A DNA stretch of 64,000 bases from Octopus bimaculoides (taxonomy: Eukaryota): contig NC_068983.1 of NCBI RefSeq assembly GCF_001194135.2, positions 66,330,249-66,394,248 of the forward strand. Direction: 5' to 3'. Positions 52,255 to 64,000 of the stretch are shown here, in pieces (position 1 is the first letter of the stretch; every line of letters begins with the position of its first letter). The notes below the pieces were generated by a model. The model was given only the letters and a program-made list of their open reading frames with translations. It searched no databases and was not told where the DNA came from. The translations under genes were made by a program, and so were the position numbers.

Positions 52255-52915
52255 CTAGGAATATCACTTAAAGATATACCTATCCCTTCTAAAGACACAT
52301 ATTTATTATCTCTGCTTCAGAAAACCAATGACTTAATAAAAAGAATGAGATGGAAGGCCTTCTTTTATGATAACAATAATACTTTAAAAGACCGATATAA
52401 TAATACTTATGGTATCAAATCTTATAGAAATCCACCACACAACCCATTATTAAATGAATTTGAAAATGCAATATTAGAAATGGTTAAATCTATCAAAATC
52501 TCAAAATTTTCTTCCAAATATTAAAAGACTCTAACAAAAATTATTAAATCACCAAATGTACATTTTTTTTCTGATAAAACTGGAAATTCATATTCCATTA
52601 CACCAGTACATTATCAAGACTTTATCCATAAAGAACTATGTAAATCATATAAAATTCTTAGATGTAACTCTTGAACTCAATACCTCAACTTATTCTCCCT
52701 TCCATAGACCTAATGAATACCTCAAATATATAAACATTCATTCTAACCATCATATATCATTACTTAATAGCATTATAAACAGTATATCTATTAGAATCTC
52801 AGATCTATCCTGTAATGGAGAAATGTTCAATAATCATGCAAACTATTACAATCAAGCTTTAGCTGCAAGTGGATTTAAACAAAATATTAAATATATAAAA
52901 GATAATAAAACCTAA
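52255..52915 (+). pseudogene. Penelope-like element (Naiad/Neptune-type) ORF with the RT core deleted
   Basis: The N-terminus SLKDIPIPSKDTY...LIKRMRWKAFFY...YGIKS..NPP..LLNEFEN...SDKTGN joins near 52650 to the RT end/thumb KFLDVTLELNTSTYSPFHRPN...YINIHSNH...SISIRISDLSCN...YYNQALAASGF. The YxDD region and GIY-YIG domain are absent. Confidence 0.8.
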
Positions 52916-53971
52916 GATTTATATAGCACAAATGGAACTAAACCAAACTACACATGATACCACACATTTTCATTAATCTTTTTTTAGTAGTTGGCATTTG
53001 GTGAATGAGGGAGTTTGATGTTGCAGCTCTAAATTATACATACACATGTATACATATTCTTTTTCTTGCTTCAATCATCTTGACTTTGGCCATGCTGGAG
53101 CACCACCCTTAGTCAAATAAATCAACCCCACAACTCATTCTTTCGAAGCCTATTACTTATTCTATTGTTCTCTTTTGCCAAACCTCTAAGTTACAGTGAT
53201 GTAAACACCAACATTGGTTGTCAAGCAATGGTTGCGGAACAAGTACAATCACACAAATATATATATATATATATATANNNNNNNNNNNNNNNNNNNNNNN
53301 NNNNNNNNNNNNNNNNNNNNNNNNNNNNNNNNNNNNNNNNNNNNNNNNNNNNNNNNNNNNNNNNNNNNNNNNNNNNNNNNNNNNNNNNNNNNNNNNNNNN
53401 NNNNNNNNNNNNNNNNNNNNNNNNNNNNNNNNNNNNNNNNNNNNNNNNNNNNNNNNNNNNNNNNNNNNNNNNNNNNNNNNNNNNNNNNNNNNNNNNNNNN
53501 NNNNNNNNNNNNNNNNNNNNNNNNNNNNNNNNNNNNNNNNNNNNNNNNNNNNNNNNNNNNNNNNNNNNNNNNNNNNNNNNNNNNNNNNNNNNNNNNNNNN
53601 NNNNNNNNNNNNNNNNNNNNNNNNNNNNNNNNNNNNNNNNNNNNNNNNNNNNNNNNNNNNNNNNNNNNNNNNNNNNNNNNNNNNNNNNNNNNNNNNNNNN
53701 NNNNNNNNNNNNNNNNNNNNNNNNNNNNNNNNNNNNNNNNNNNNNNNNNNNNNNNNNNNNNNNNNNNNNNNNNNNNNNNNNNNNNNNNNNNNNNNNNNNN
53801 NNNNNNNNNNNNNNNNNNNNNNNNNNNNNNNNNNNNNNNNNNNNNNNNNNNNNNNNNNNNNNNNNNNNNNNNNNNNNNNNNNNNNNNNNNNNNNNNNNNN
53901 NNNNNNNNNNNNNNNNNNNNNNNNNNNNNNNNNNNNNNNNNNNNNNNNNNNNNNNNNNNNNNNNNNNNNNN

Positions 53972-54002
<31 letters not shown>

Positions 54003-54993
54003 AATCTCCCTCCCTCTCACTCCAGTCCACACTGTAAAGTGGTTGGCATTTGAAAGGCCATCTAGCTGTAAAAATCATGACAAAACTGACCTTGCCTGTA
54101 CTAGTGCTATGTAAAAAGCACTCAGCCCACCCTGTGGGGTTGTTGGTATTAGGAAGGGCATCCAACCATAAAAACCATGCCAAAACAGACACAGAAGTAT
54201 GGTGCAGGCTTCTGCCTGGCCAGCTCCTGTCAAATCATCCAACCCACACCAGCATGGAAGGAGGACATTAAATGATGATGATGATGATGACGATGATATG
54301 TATGTATGTACATATAGTTGCTTGTTTTTTGTTTTTTTTACCTACTCATCAAGTGTTCTTAAAGTAGTTATCTGAAAGAAGCACCCAGAAAATTATCCAC
54401 ATTTAATTATTAATTACCAATTATGATTGAACACTAATTTTTATTTCGTTTAATATATAGTAACCAATGATCTCTTTTGAAGACAAATCAGAACAATTAG
54501 ACTAACATGCAAAAGAAGCTTTGAAATATTGAAGTGTATGACTTTAATAAACAAAGAATCATATCCTTTAATATTATTGACTGATGGATTATTTCCATGA
54601 ATCTTTGATGATAAATTTCATGTTCATTCCCTCATTATAAATTGAAAATAATTATTTTTTAAGTTTCCCTTTTAGTGTTTTATATTATGGCATGGCATTT
54701 ATTTTTCTGAAAATTAAGTCAGTGACCTGGTTTCAATTCCCAAGTGGAATTCTTTCATTGATATTAATCATTTCATCAATTCTTTTATGAATAAGATGTC
54801 ATACAGATAAGTTAAATATATGGTAAGGATCATTGTCAGGTCACTTCAATCTATCCTTTATGCCTTAGATGCATAACTTCTTAGACATTCATTGAGTTCT
54901 GAAACATTTTAACATTGTAAGAATTTTAAACTATCTCTTCAATACCTATGCATCTTAGGGGTGTAACACTTTGTTCTACTACTACTACTACTA

Positions 54994-55052
<59 letters not shown>

Positions 55053-55120
55053 ATATACATACATTTGTATCTATATCTATCTATCTATATATATATTCCA
55101 ACATGGAAGGCGGACATTAA

Positions 55121-55161
<41 letters not shown>

Positions 55162-56357
55162 ATACATACATACATACATACACATTGCTTAAATAAATGG
55201 AGTCGCATGAAATGATCATACTGCATTAACTTTAGATATCCATGTTGCTTATCTTGATTTTACATACATACATTTATATATATAGGAAGAGAAATAGTTT
55301 CTGTAACTATCATTTTGGTTTCAAATTATGGCACAAGGCCAGCAAGTTAGGGGGATGAGGTAAGTCAGTTTCATCAATCCCTGTGCTTAAAAGGGATGAA
55401 AGACAAAGTCAACTTCAGTGGAATTTGAACTCAGAATGTAAAAACAGATGAAATTCTGTTAAACATTTTTCCTGGTGCAGCAACAATTCTGTCAGCTCAC
55501 CACCTTAAATTTGAATCTTATGTTGGAAATGCTCATTGAAATGTTAGATTCTGGTATTACATGATATTGATTGTTATGTAGGACTTTACATGAGTGTGCA
55601 AGGATAGACAGAGGGACATGTAGTTATAATCTTCAAATTAAAGACATTTTCTACCAAAAATGAAATACAAAATTGCAATATTTTTCTTTGGTTTATGTTG
55701 AATAGATTAAACATTATTTTAATAACAAAAGAAGCTTCTAGCAATCTCCACACATTGAATTAATCAATTCATAGATTGCAGTTCCATAAATAAACTTTAA
55801 TCAATAAATCATAATGTTTTTACTGTTCTAACTTGGTAGTATAGAATGTATTGTTTTGTCTGTATGTCATAATAACTGTAGTTTTATTTAGAGATTAAGT
55901 TGGATATCAGAGAATAAAATATGCTATCTCATTGCTACTTTTTAATTTGTGATTAGAAGGACATTATTTAGTAAGAATATTATTCATCCTTTTCATATAT
56001 AACCAAATAAATAAGTGTTAAATTGTCTGATGAATGTTGTTGAGCAAGAGATAATCTAATAGAAACTGATGTTCATACATAGCTGTCAATTCCTAGTTGA
56101 AATCAGTTTACTCCATTATGCAATGCTATTGACATTGAAAAAGGCTTGAACATCACAGAATTTTTTTCCCATCCTAAATAAAATGTGCTGCCTTAATTTT
56201 AAATTTTTAAAAAAGCTATTAATTCATAAGCTTTGTTCCCAAATTTCCATAAATTTGGATTAAAATAATAAACTATGTGGACTCTACAAGATTTCACTTC
56301 CTAATCATATAAAAATGATACACAAGTTTTTATCACCTAGCTAGACATACAATTTTC

Positions 56358-56950
56358 GGATCTTTTTTAAAATGGGGGCCACATTTTTCATTAACGAAAC
56401 ACTTTGAAACTTGGAACACTGGTAGAATGTGTCATATAAAACATCTTTTTCTCTTAGTCTTCTTAAAAAAAAAAGAAATCCCTAAGTTATTCCATGTTAA
56501 AGTTGTCGTATTTCTGTAATTTCAACCAATCACTGACGTCCATTCAGCCGATATACATTAAGTGCCGACTACATAAACAAACAATTCTATCGGTGATAGG
56601 GTTAGGGTTAGGGTTAGAGTAAAACAGCAAATTTAAAAAGAAAAAAGCAAATAAAACGAAGAAAAAAAAAAGAAAATGAAAAAGCAAATTTAAAATGAAA
56701 AAAGCAAATAAAACGAAGCTATGGCTTAAACAGCCAAAGGAGTAAATATAAACAACTGAATACTTGTCAGTGATTGGTTGAAATTATCGAAATAAGACAA
56801 TTTTTTACATGAAATAAATTCGAATACAAAAATATTTTTCTGTTCTATAACACAAAATAGATAAGTATACGAAGTTTGAAAGTCTTTCCGTACCAAAAAC
56901 ACTACGTAAAACATTAATGAAAAATGTGGCCCCCGTTTTAAAAAAGATCC
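56358..56950. mobile_element. Merlin-like non-autonomous DNA transposon, copy 2 (complete, 593 bp)
   Basis: The termini are GGATC...GATCC, with an exact 8-bp TSD caattttc at 56350-56357 and 56951-56958. The first ~330 bp are nearly identical to copy 1, and gggttagggttagggttag lies inside. Confidence 0.82.
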
Positions 56951-57644
56951 CAATTTTCTACTCAAGTGTCAGAAATGCTTTCACACTTCAACATCATTCA
57001 TCTAACAAGCCTGTCGAATTTGTTAGTGCCAAACCCCATCCTCTACACATGACATAAGGGTTGTGTTGCATGACTCTCAAGAACACTGCAAGGAAGACCA
57101 AGCCAGCAAAAACTGCATGGTGGCTTCAGCGCCAGAGTGTGTGCCAGCCATGATTCATGGCCAAGTTGCCTGGGGCAGCATGGGATTGGCAGCATAAATT
57201 ACAACAGGCTATGATTGCTTGAGTTTTGCACAGTCCATGAACTATGTATCAACAACACTTACATCTAGAATAAGCTCAGTACAAAGTGTCTTGGAGACAT
57301 CCCTACTCCAAACACTGGCACCAAATAAACCTGATATTTACAAACTGCTCCCATCTGAGAAACATACTTATGACTCAATATTTTCAGAGTGCTGACTTCA
57401 TAGTAGATCAGTCTCTGGTTTACTGCAAGTTGCCTCTTTGGACGCATTCTCACACACACTGCTATTGCCACTGTCACCTCCATGTTGCTTCATTTTGGAC
57501 CAACCAGCCAACTAACCAACAGATCAGAAGGCTGTATGTTCATATCACGTTGGGGTCACCAATATGTAGCCACTTTTAGTTGTCCGTGTGTCTGGTAGAT
57601 GAACGTGCACTGCTTCGCTAAGTTAAATCTTCTGGTTCAGATGG

Positions 57645-57703
57645 TTGGTTAGTTGGTTGGCTGGCTGGTTGGTTGGTTGGTTGGTTGGTTGGTTGGTTGG
57701 TTG
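57645..57703. repeat. (GGTT)n microsatellite
   Basis: Read directly. Confidence 0.9.
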
Positions 57704-58435
57704 GTCGGCCAAAAACAAAACGACATGGAGGCGATGTTGTATGTTCAGTCTGCTGACTCATCAAGAGAACTTGCTGAACAGCCAGTGTTCACATGAGTGA
57801 ATGAACTATGTGCCAAGAGAGCTCTAAAGCGAAGGAAGGAAAACTCTCTAGTGAGAAATGGTGACTGACATGCTTTATACAAATGCCAAACCAGAAGCAG
57901 AAAGAAATGTTCCATTCTAACCAATCACAGACAACAACAAAAAAAGGTGCAGCCACACAAATTCGTCTGAACCAACTTTGAAATGGAGAAATGTATATTT
58001 GCATGTAAGCCAACCTCAAACACAGAGCTGCTACAACTTCTTAGCCACACAGTCACTCTTGTACCTATGTATGTTTCTGTATATAATTCATGTAGACATG
58101 ACATATATTGTTATATACTTGTTTCTTCCAAAGCCATTAAAATTATAACAAATATTACATAAAATAAATGAAGTGATCTGTGGCAAGTTAATTACTTTTA
58201 AGGTAACAAACTGTTTTAAAATTATTTTCCTGTCATCATAAACTATTGTTATCAACACTATTGTCAACAAATCAACATTTTTTATTCAATATTTTAATGT
58301 ATTATTGCTATGGTTGTTGTAAAGTTTTTGATGTAACTATTGTAAGATTATAATAATGTCTTGTATAAATTGTATCTTAGCTATTGTTAGGCTATATCTA
58401 AGTTAGTGCAAGTCTTTCACTAAAGGACTAACAAA

Positions 58436-59742
58436 CAGGGTGGAGCAGAGCTGACGGACATTTTTGAAATGGCTTTTACTCAGCCCCAGAGGAGGGACAT
58501 GTGTCTGATAGGTACCATTTGGTCTGTGGTGTCCTGGCGTTCTTTTTTCTGTTCAGGTGAAGCCATGGCACTGTGGACAATAGAGCATCACATGTTACAT
58601 GAAGAATAATGACTGTTACATGAAGAACAATGAGTCTGTCACAGCAGTTCAGCGTGAGTTTTGGTGCCACTTCAACATTCACCAAAATCAGGTTGTTCCC
58701 ACCCATAACACAATCTTACAGTGGGCGAATGCACTTCATACACGTGGTACACTAATGCATAGGAGACTGGTGGAGTGCTATGAATGGTACAGACCCCAGA
58801 AAATGTGGAAGCTTTGATACAAAGTCTGAATCGCTCTGCTCAGAGGTATTCCACTGAACTTGGCATTGGTAATCGATCAGTAAGGTGTATTTTGCATGAA
58901 GACCTGCATTTCCACCTGTACAAATTGGTCATTAAGCAACAGTTAAGACCATGTGACTATGCACAGCAACTTAACTTTGCACGTCAGATGGAAGCAATTT
59001 TTTAGGCAAATGACCTCATTTTCTTAATGAGTGATGAATCTCATTTTCATCTCAATGTCATGGTGAATCAACAGAACTGTCGTTACTGGGCTCTTGAAAA
59101 TTCAAGAGAACTGCACAAAAGACCATTGCACAGCCCAAAAGTGACGGCCTGGTGTGCTGTTGGAAAAGCTGCCATCATTGGTCCTTGCTTTTTGTTACTG
59201 TGACCTCTGAGCATTACATCGAGATGATAAGCAACTTCTTTGTGCCTGAATTACAATGAAAACTTATGCCTATCTGATGTGTGTGGTTTCAGCCGGATAG
59301 GGTAACAGCCCACACAGCCATAGAATCATTGGACATTCTTTGTCCTCTTTTCGGTGACCACCTCATTTCCAGGTTTGCTGACATAACTTGGCCCCTCCGA
59401 TCCCCTGATTTGTCTATGTGTGATTATTTCTTGTGGGGAAACCTCAAGGCATGTGTGTAAGTGCATAAGCCCCATACATGGGACAATTTGAAGGAAGCTA
59501 TTCACGTGGAAGTCACCCAAATTGACTGAGCAATGCTGGAGAGAGTAGAGGCCAACTTCCAAGAACGCCTTCAGAAATGCATGCATGAAAACGGACACCA
59601 CATGACGGATGTTGTTTGCTACGCTTGATTTTGACAAATGCCAATTCAATATGAACACATTGATGTCAATAAAATTGTTTACAGCTAAAATTAATGATTT
59701 TGTGAATTTTTCCAAAATGTCTGTCCTCTCTGCCCTGCCGTG
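58436..59742 (+). mobile_element. Near full-length Tc1/mariner element, DD41D (rosa) type
   Basis: The imperfect TIRs are cagggtggagcagagctgacggacatttttgaaa and tttccaaaatgtctgtcctctctgccctgccgtg|TA, spanning about 1.3 kb. Confidence 0.85.
58565..59628 (+). pseudogene. DD41D transposase pseudogene
   Basis: Reads ...FLMSDESHFHL...VNQQNCRYWALEN...HSPKVTAWCAV...WFQPDRVTAHTA...WPLRSPDLSMCDYFLWGNLK... I count 41 residues between the second and third catalytic Asp. There are several stops and frameshifts. Confidence 0.85.
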
Positions 59743-61339
59743 TACTACAATTTTCATATTATTTCTCTGTACACATTCTATATTTCAACCCCTCAAACTT
59801 TAAACTGTATACTTCCTATCCTTTGGTATAAGCAAGTAAGGAAAGTAGTTTTCTTTTTTATCTTTATTCATTTGAAACATCCAACATCTCATAAGCAGTA
59901 TATTCTACAATTTCACAAGGGTGAATGAATCAAGCATAAAATTTTGTAGATTATCCACGCTTTTGCTGTTAGTCCTTTGGAATGATATCATAGTCTAGAA
60001 GTATGAAATGCATGTGTAATACTTACTGAGTTTGGATTATTGTTCAGAAAGGTAGGCGTTAAACGACAACGACGACAACAATGATGAAAGAGTTTTGAAA
60101 TGTGGCACTCAGCTCCTGTTGTTTTCATGCTGGTGTTATGAGGTCAAGAAGAAAGTTGGTGGAAGACAGAATAGGAAGAGTGTATTAAGGTTTAAAAGTA
60201 CTTGTTTCCCTTTTTGTCTGACATGGTACAATCTCAAGAGAATACAAAGAAGAGAAATATTGAATATTTTTATAGTTTTTTACATATTTAATGAAGCTGA
60301 TATAAATTTGAAGAAAGTTACAAAATTGTTTCAACTGTAGAATCATACATGATAATAAGAAAGCACAAGAGATAGAAGTTAATAATTGGTTACAGATGCA
60401 AATTGCTATTAATTTTTTTCCTTTCTTATCAAAATAAACATAATAGCACTTTACTGTTTTCGATAACTGTCTATATAAGTATTTCTTCAAGAACTATAAC
60501 AACATATAAAATCTACAATTTGTGTCTGAAAAATAGAAAGATATTTAATATTAAGAAAACTTACTTTGAATTCATTCTATGTCAAAGAGATTAAACCATT
60601 GAAAAATTGTTATAATCTAATTCTTGTCTGCTGTTTACTGTTGCACAAATTCAGATATTCAACCAACAGATATTTCCCTTGAGAGAGTTGCATAGAGTGA
60701 ATTATGAATTACTTGCAAAACTGTTTACTTTATTAATTTTCCTAGGCTTCCAAGCAAACTTAGCTCAGAAAATTTCAGGCAATGGCATTTAATCAATAAC
60801 ATCACATGAAGTGGGTTCAGCCTTGTAAAAATGAAAGAAAGAAACTAGAATGTGAAGACCATATCAAATATTAAAGTTACAAAAATAAAAAAAAAAGACT
60901 AACAATAATAGTTATTGATTCAAAAGACATTTTAATAATCAACATTCTTGCTTGTTTAGCTGCAAATCTTGTATTTCTTTTAGATGCACATATCATTATC
61001 ATGATGCATTTACTGTTTATTTCTTTTGGTTATAAATATTGATTGCAGAAACCTTGAAGTTTCTTCCAGAAATTCAAAGAATTTTGGATAGCTCTTAGAC
61101 AGTTTGGCAATAATCTAGGTATGATTTTCTTACTATTTGTGACTGGTTTACCAAAAGGACTTGCATGATTGTAAATGCAGCAGGATTTCAACAAGTGTTC
61201 TATTTTTTTTTTTTTTTTTTTNNNNNNNNNNTTTTTTTTTTTTTTTTTTTAATTTTTATGAACAGAAATGATTAATTCCATTACTATTGCTACTGCCACC
61301 ATTAATACCACAATTAGCATCAGCATGATTATTTTAATA

Positions 61340-61960
61340 CCTTATTTTGTATATGGATGACCTCAGGTTGAGTGCTGCAGACGATAAACAGCAAGAACTA
61401 CAGCTGCAATCATTACTCAAATTTACTAAAGGAATTGATATGAGATTCAGATTAAAAAAATGTGCCAAGCAATCTTGTAGGTAAGATAATAAATTAAGGA
61501 AACTAATTTCATGTTTGATAAAGGAACAGAGATAAAATAATTTCACCCAGTACAAACCTATCAGTATTTAGGAATCAATGAACTACACAAAAAACTAATT
61601 GCACATAAATAAAAGAGAAGGTTAAGAAAGAATATTACCTTAAATTAAATCAAAGCAAGAAATAGAGCTAAATACCAAAAATACAGTAATAAACATCAAT
61701 ACTGTATCTTAGTAATAAGTTATAGTTAAAATATTCCCAACTTGATGCTGAATGAACTAGCTAGATTACACCAAGAAACGAGAAAAATAATAAAGAATTT
61801 AGAATGCACCACTCTTTAAATCTAACTTATATATACCATGTATACAGGAAGGTAAGGACTTTTAAGTGATAACAATTCTAATAGAATATCAACGGTAAAA
61901 CTACAAAAATATCTAATAGGGAATAATGTAAACCTTAATACAAATGGCTATGAAAAAAGT
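61340..61960 (+). pseudogene. R4/Dong-like (REL-clade) LINE RT fragment
   Basis: LILYMDDLRL...GIDMRFRLKKCAK...TYQYLGINE...IKEKVKKEY...ELNTKN...ELARLHQETRKI...LYIPCIQEGKGL matches the R4/Dong pattern MDDLKL...FGLDKCA...YKYLG...LYxxRxEGGRGL. YMDD is at 61350-61361. Confidence 0.75.
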
Positions 61961-62204
61961 AAAATATGAAAAAAAGACCTATTTTCTTACTTCAGAGAAG
62001 CTAACAATGGAGGCTGAAATGGCAGGCGGATGAAATGAGATTGGAGAAGAAAAAGCAACAAAAATTTGAAAACACAAAACGCTAAGCTAAAAGTAGGGTA
62101 CTGAATTCCATAAAAAAGCAAAGTCTCTACTTGGTCAATACACGAAATAACTGAGCAAGGTGGGAATAGACTATTAAAAATTATATCATTAACTAAATAA
62201 TGGG

Positions 62205-62660
62205 TGACCGGGACCTTTGGCAATATGTAGTATGTGAGAAGACCCGGCAAGGCAAGTGAGAGCATAATCTGTAATCTCTGCCAGAAGTGTAGCCAGCTCA
62301 CAAATCTGTATCTTTACTTCATTGGACACTAAAAACCCTGCTTGCAAAGACCTGTTGAGGCAAGTGAATCATGGAATTTGAAATTTGAAATCTGAAATCG
62401 AAATCGAACCAAATCCGACAACTGGCACCCATGCCAACCTCTCCTTCATTGGACACTAAACTCTGCTTGTGAAGACCTGTTGGGGCAAGTGAAATCGAAA
62501 TTGTAATTGAACCATACTCAATGACTGGTACCTGCGCCAGTGGAGTACTAACAGCACTGTCCGAGCGTGTTCATTGCCAGAGCAGCTGTCTGGCTTCTGC
62601 ACTAGTGGCCCGTAAATAGCACCATTTGAGCGTAATCGTTACCAGCGTTGCTTTCTAGCA
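62205..62660 (+). mobile_element. RTE LINE 3' end with 3' UTR (internal duplication of cttcattggacactaaa...gaagacctgttg.ggcaagtgaa)
   Basis: gtgaccgggacctttggcaatatgtagtatgtgagaagacccgg (DRDLWQY...EKT) matches the family at 6047-6142. Confidence 0.75.
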
Positions 62661-63277
62661 NNNNNNNNNNNNNNNNNNNNNNNNNNNNNNNNNNNNNNNN
62701 NNNNNNNNNNNNNNNNNNNNNNNNNNNNNNNNNNNNNNNNNNNNNNNNNNNNNNNNNNNNNNNNNNNNNNNNNNNNNNNNNNNNNNNNNNNNNNNNNNNN
62801 NNNNNNNNNNNNNNNNNNNNNNNNNNNNNNNNNNNNNNNNNNNNNNNNNNNNNNNNNNNNNNNNNNNNNNNNNNNNNNNNNNNNNNNNNNNNNNNNNNNN
62901 NNNNNNNNNNNNNNNNNNNNNNNNNNNNNNNNNNNNNNNNNNNNNNNNNNNNNNNNNNNNNNNNNNNNNNNNNNNNNNNNNNNNNNNNNNNNNNNNNNNN
63001 NNNNNNNNNNNNNNNNNNNNNNNNNNNNNNNNNNNNNNNNNNNNNNNNNNNNNNNNNNNNNNNNNNNNNNNNNNNNNNNNNNNNNNNNNNNNNNNNNNNN
63101 NNNNNNNNNNNNNNNNNNNNNNNNNNNNNNNNNNNNNNNNNNNNNNNNNNNNNNNNNNNNNNNNNNNNNNNNNNNNNNNNNNNNNNNNNNNNNNNNNNNN
63201 NNNNNNNNNNNNNNNNNNNNNNNNNNNNNNNNNNNNNNNNNNNNNNNNNNNNNNNNNNNNNNNNNNNNNNNNNNNNN

Positions 63278-63334
<57 letters not shown>

Positions 63335-64000
63335 ATGCACACATTCATCTATGCTATGTATGTATATATACACATGTACATATACTCGTCCATATGTGTG
63401 CGTATGCACGCATATCTAGTTGTATGTATATGCCCATATACTTGGTTGTGCATGTGTGAGTGCATATATATATGTGCATATATATATATATATGTACATA
63501 TTTATATATCTGTGTATATATATACATTTAAGTTTGAACACAGAAAGAATTTTCGTTCAAGTAGTATCTTCCTTTCAACTTCTACTTCCTTTTGTTACTC
63601 CTAAGAGTTACAACAGCAAAAGCTGATTACGTCATTTTCTCTAATCTAGAACACCTACTTCCCACGTTCATATTTGAATTTTTTTGTGTTTCAATAATTT
63701 TTTTCTGATTTTACACATTCTCGAATTTGATGGACATATATCAGTATGTAAGGCGACACAAGAAATCTCTAGAGAGACTTGTTATTGATGTACACAAAGA
63801 GTCCCAGAACAGGTCAAAACAAGCGTTGTATCCAATAAAGTCTATTACACGTTGCATCTCCTATTTTATTCATACTGTTACCCTAACTGCCACTATGAGG
63901 TCCCTGCATTTGATCTACAGACAACAACATGTAATCAAAAATGTGCCGCTTTACTCAGCATCAATTTATACATTTTGTACAATTTCTCCATTATATATAT

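Noticed and set aside
3953-63604. Long ORFs containing X runs (7166-8074, 25888-26850, 53157-54192, 62602-63604 and others)
   Set aside because: Their length comes from translating assembly N-gaps.
1-64000. CRISPR arrays, rRNA genes, intact tRNA genes or prokaryotic operons
   Set aside because: I saw no regularly spaced repeats with unique spacers, no rRNA-like sequence and no intact cloverleaf. The sequence is eukaryotic intronic or intergenic DNA.

Overview
This is AT-rich animal genomic DNA with 11 N-gaps and many microsatellites. It is very probably from an octopus, inferred from the tRNA/CORE-type SINE and RTE-tail repeat families I recognise. I found no convincing host protein-coding exon. 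Almost all of the supplied ORF track is microsatellite read-through, read-through across N-gaps, or decayed transposon sequence. The window is a transposon graveyard. DNA transposons: a near full-length DD41D (rosa-type) Tc1/mariner, Tigger and Tc1 relics, three hAT-type MITEs, and two Merlin-like MITEs with exact 8-bp TSDs and internal TTAGGG repeats. Retroelements: RTE, R4/Dong-like and Jockey/CR1-like LINE fragments, an internally deleted Penelope-like element, and many SINEs. The most unusual objects are four. (1) A ~2.1-kb element at 30.9-33.1 kb encodes only an RRM-like + CCHC gag/ORF1 protein, has no pol, and is bracketed by ~45-bp inverted repeats and 105-bp hairpin-rich direct repeats. 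(2) The Penelope-like relic at 51.5-52.9 kb has lost its RT core and sits back-to-back with an unidentified divergent ORF. (3) A degenerate minimal hammerhead ribozyme lies at 50.6 kb, and several fold-back inverted repeats are scattered through the window. (4) A CpG-retaining domain at ~19.9-24.8 kb sits inside CpG-depleted flanks, suggesting an unmethylated promoter between methylated gene bodies. All identifications are by eye, with no database search.
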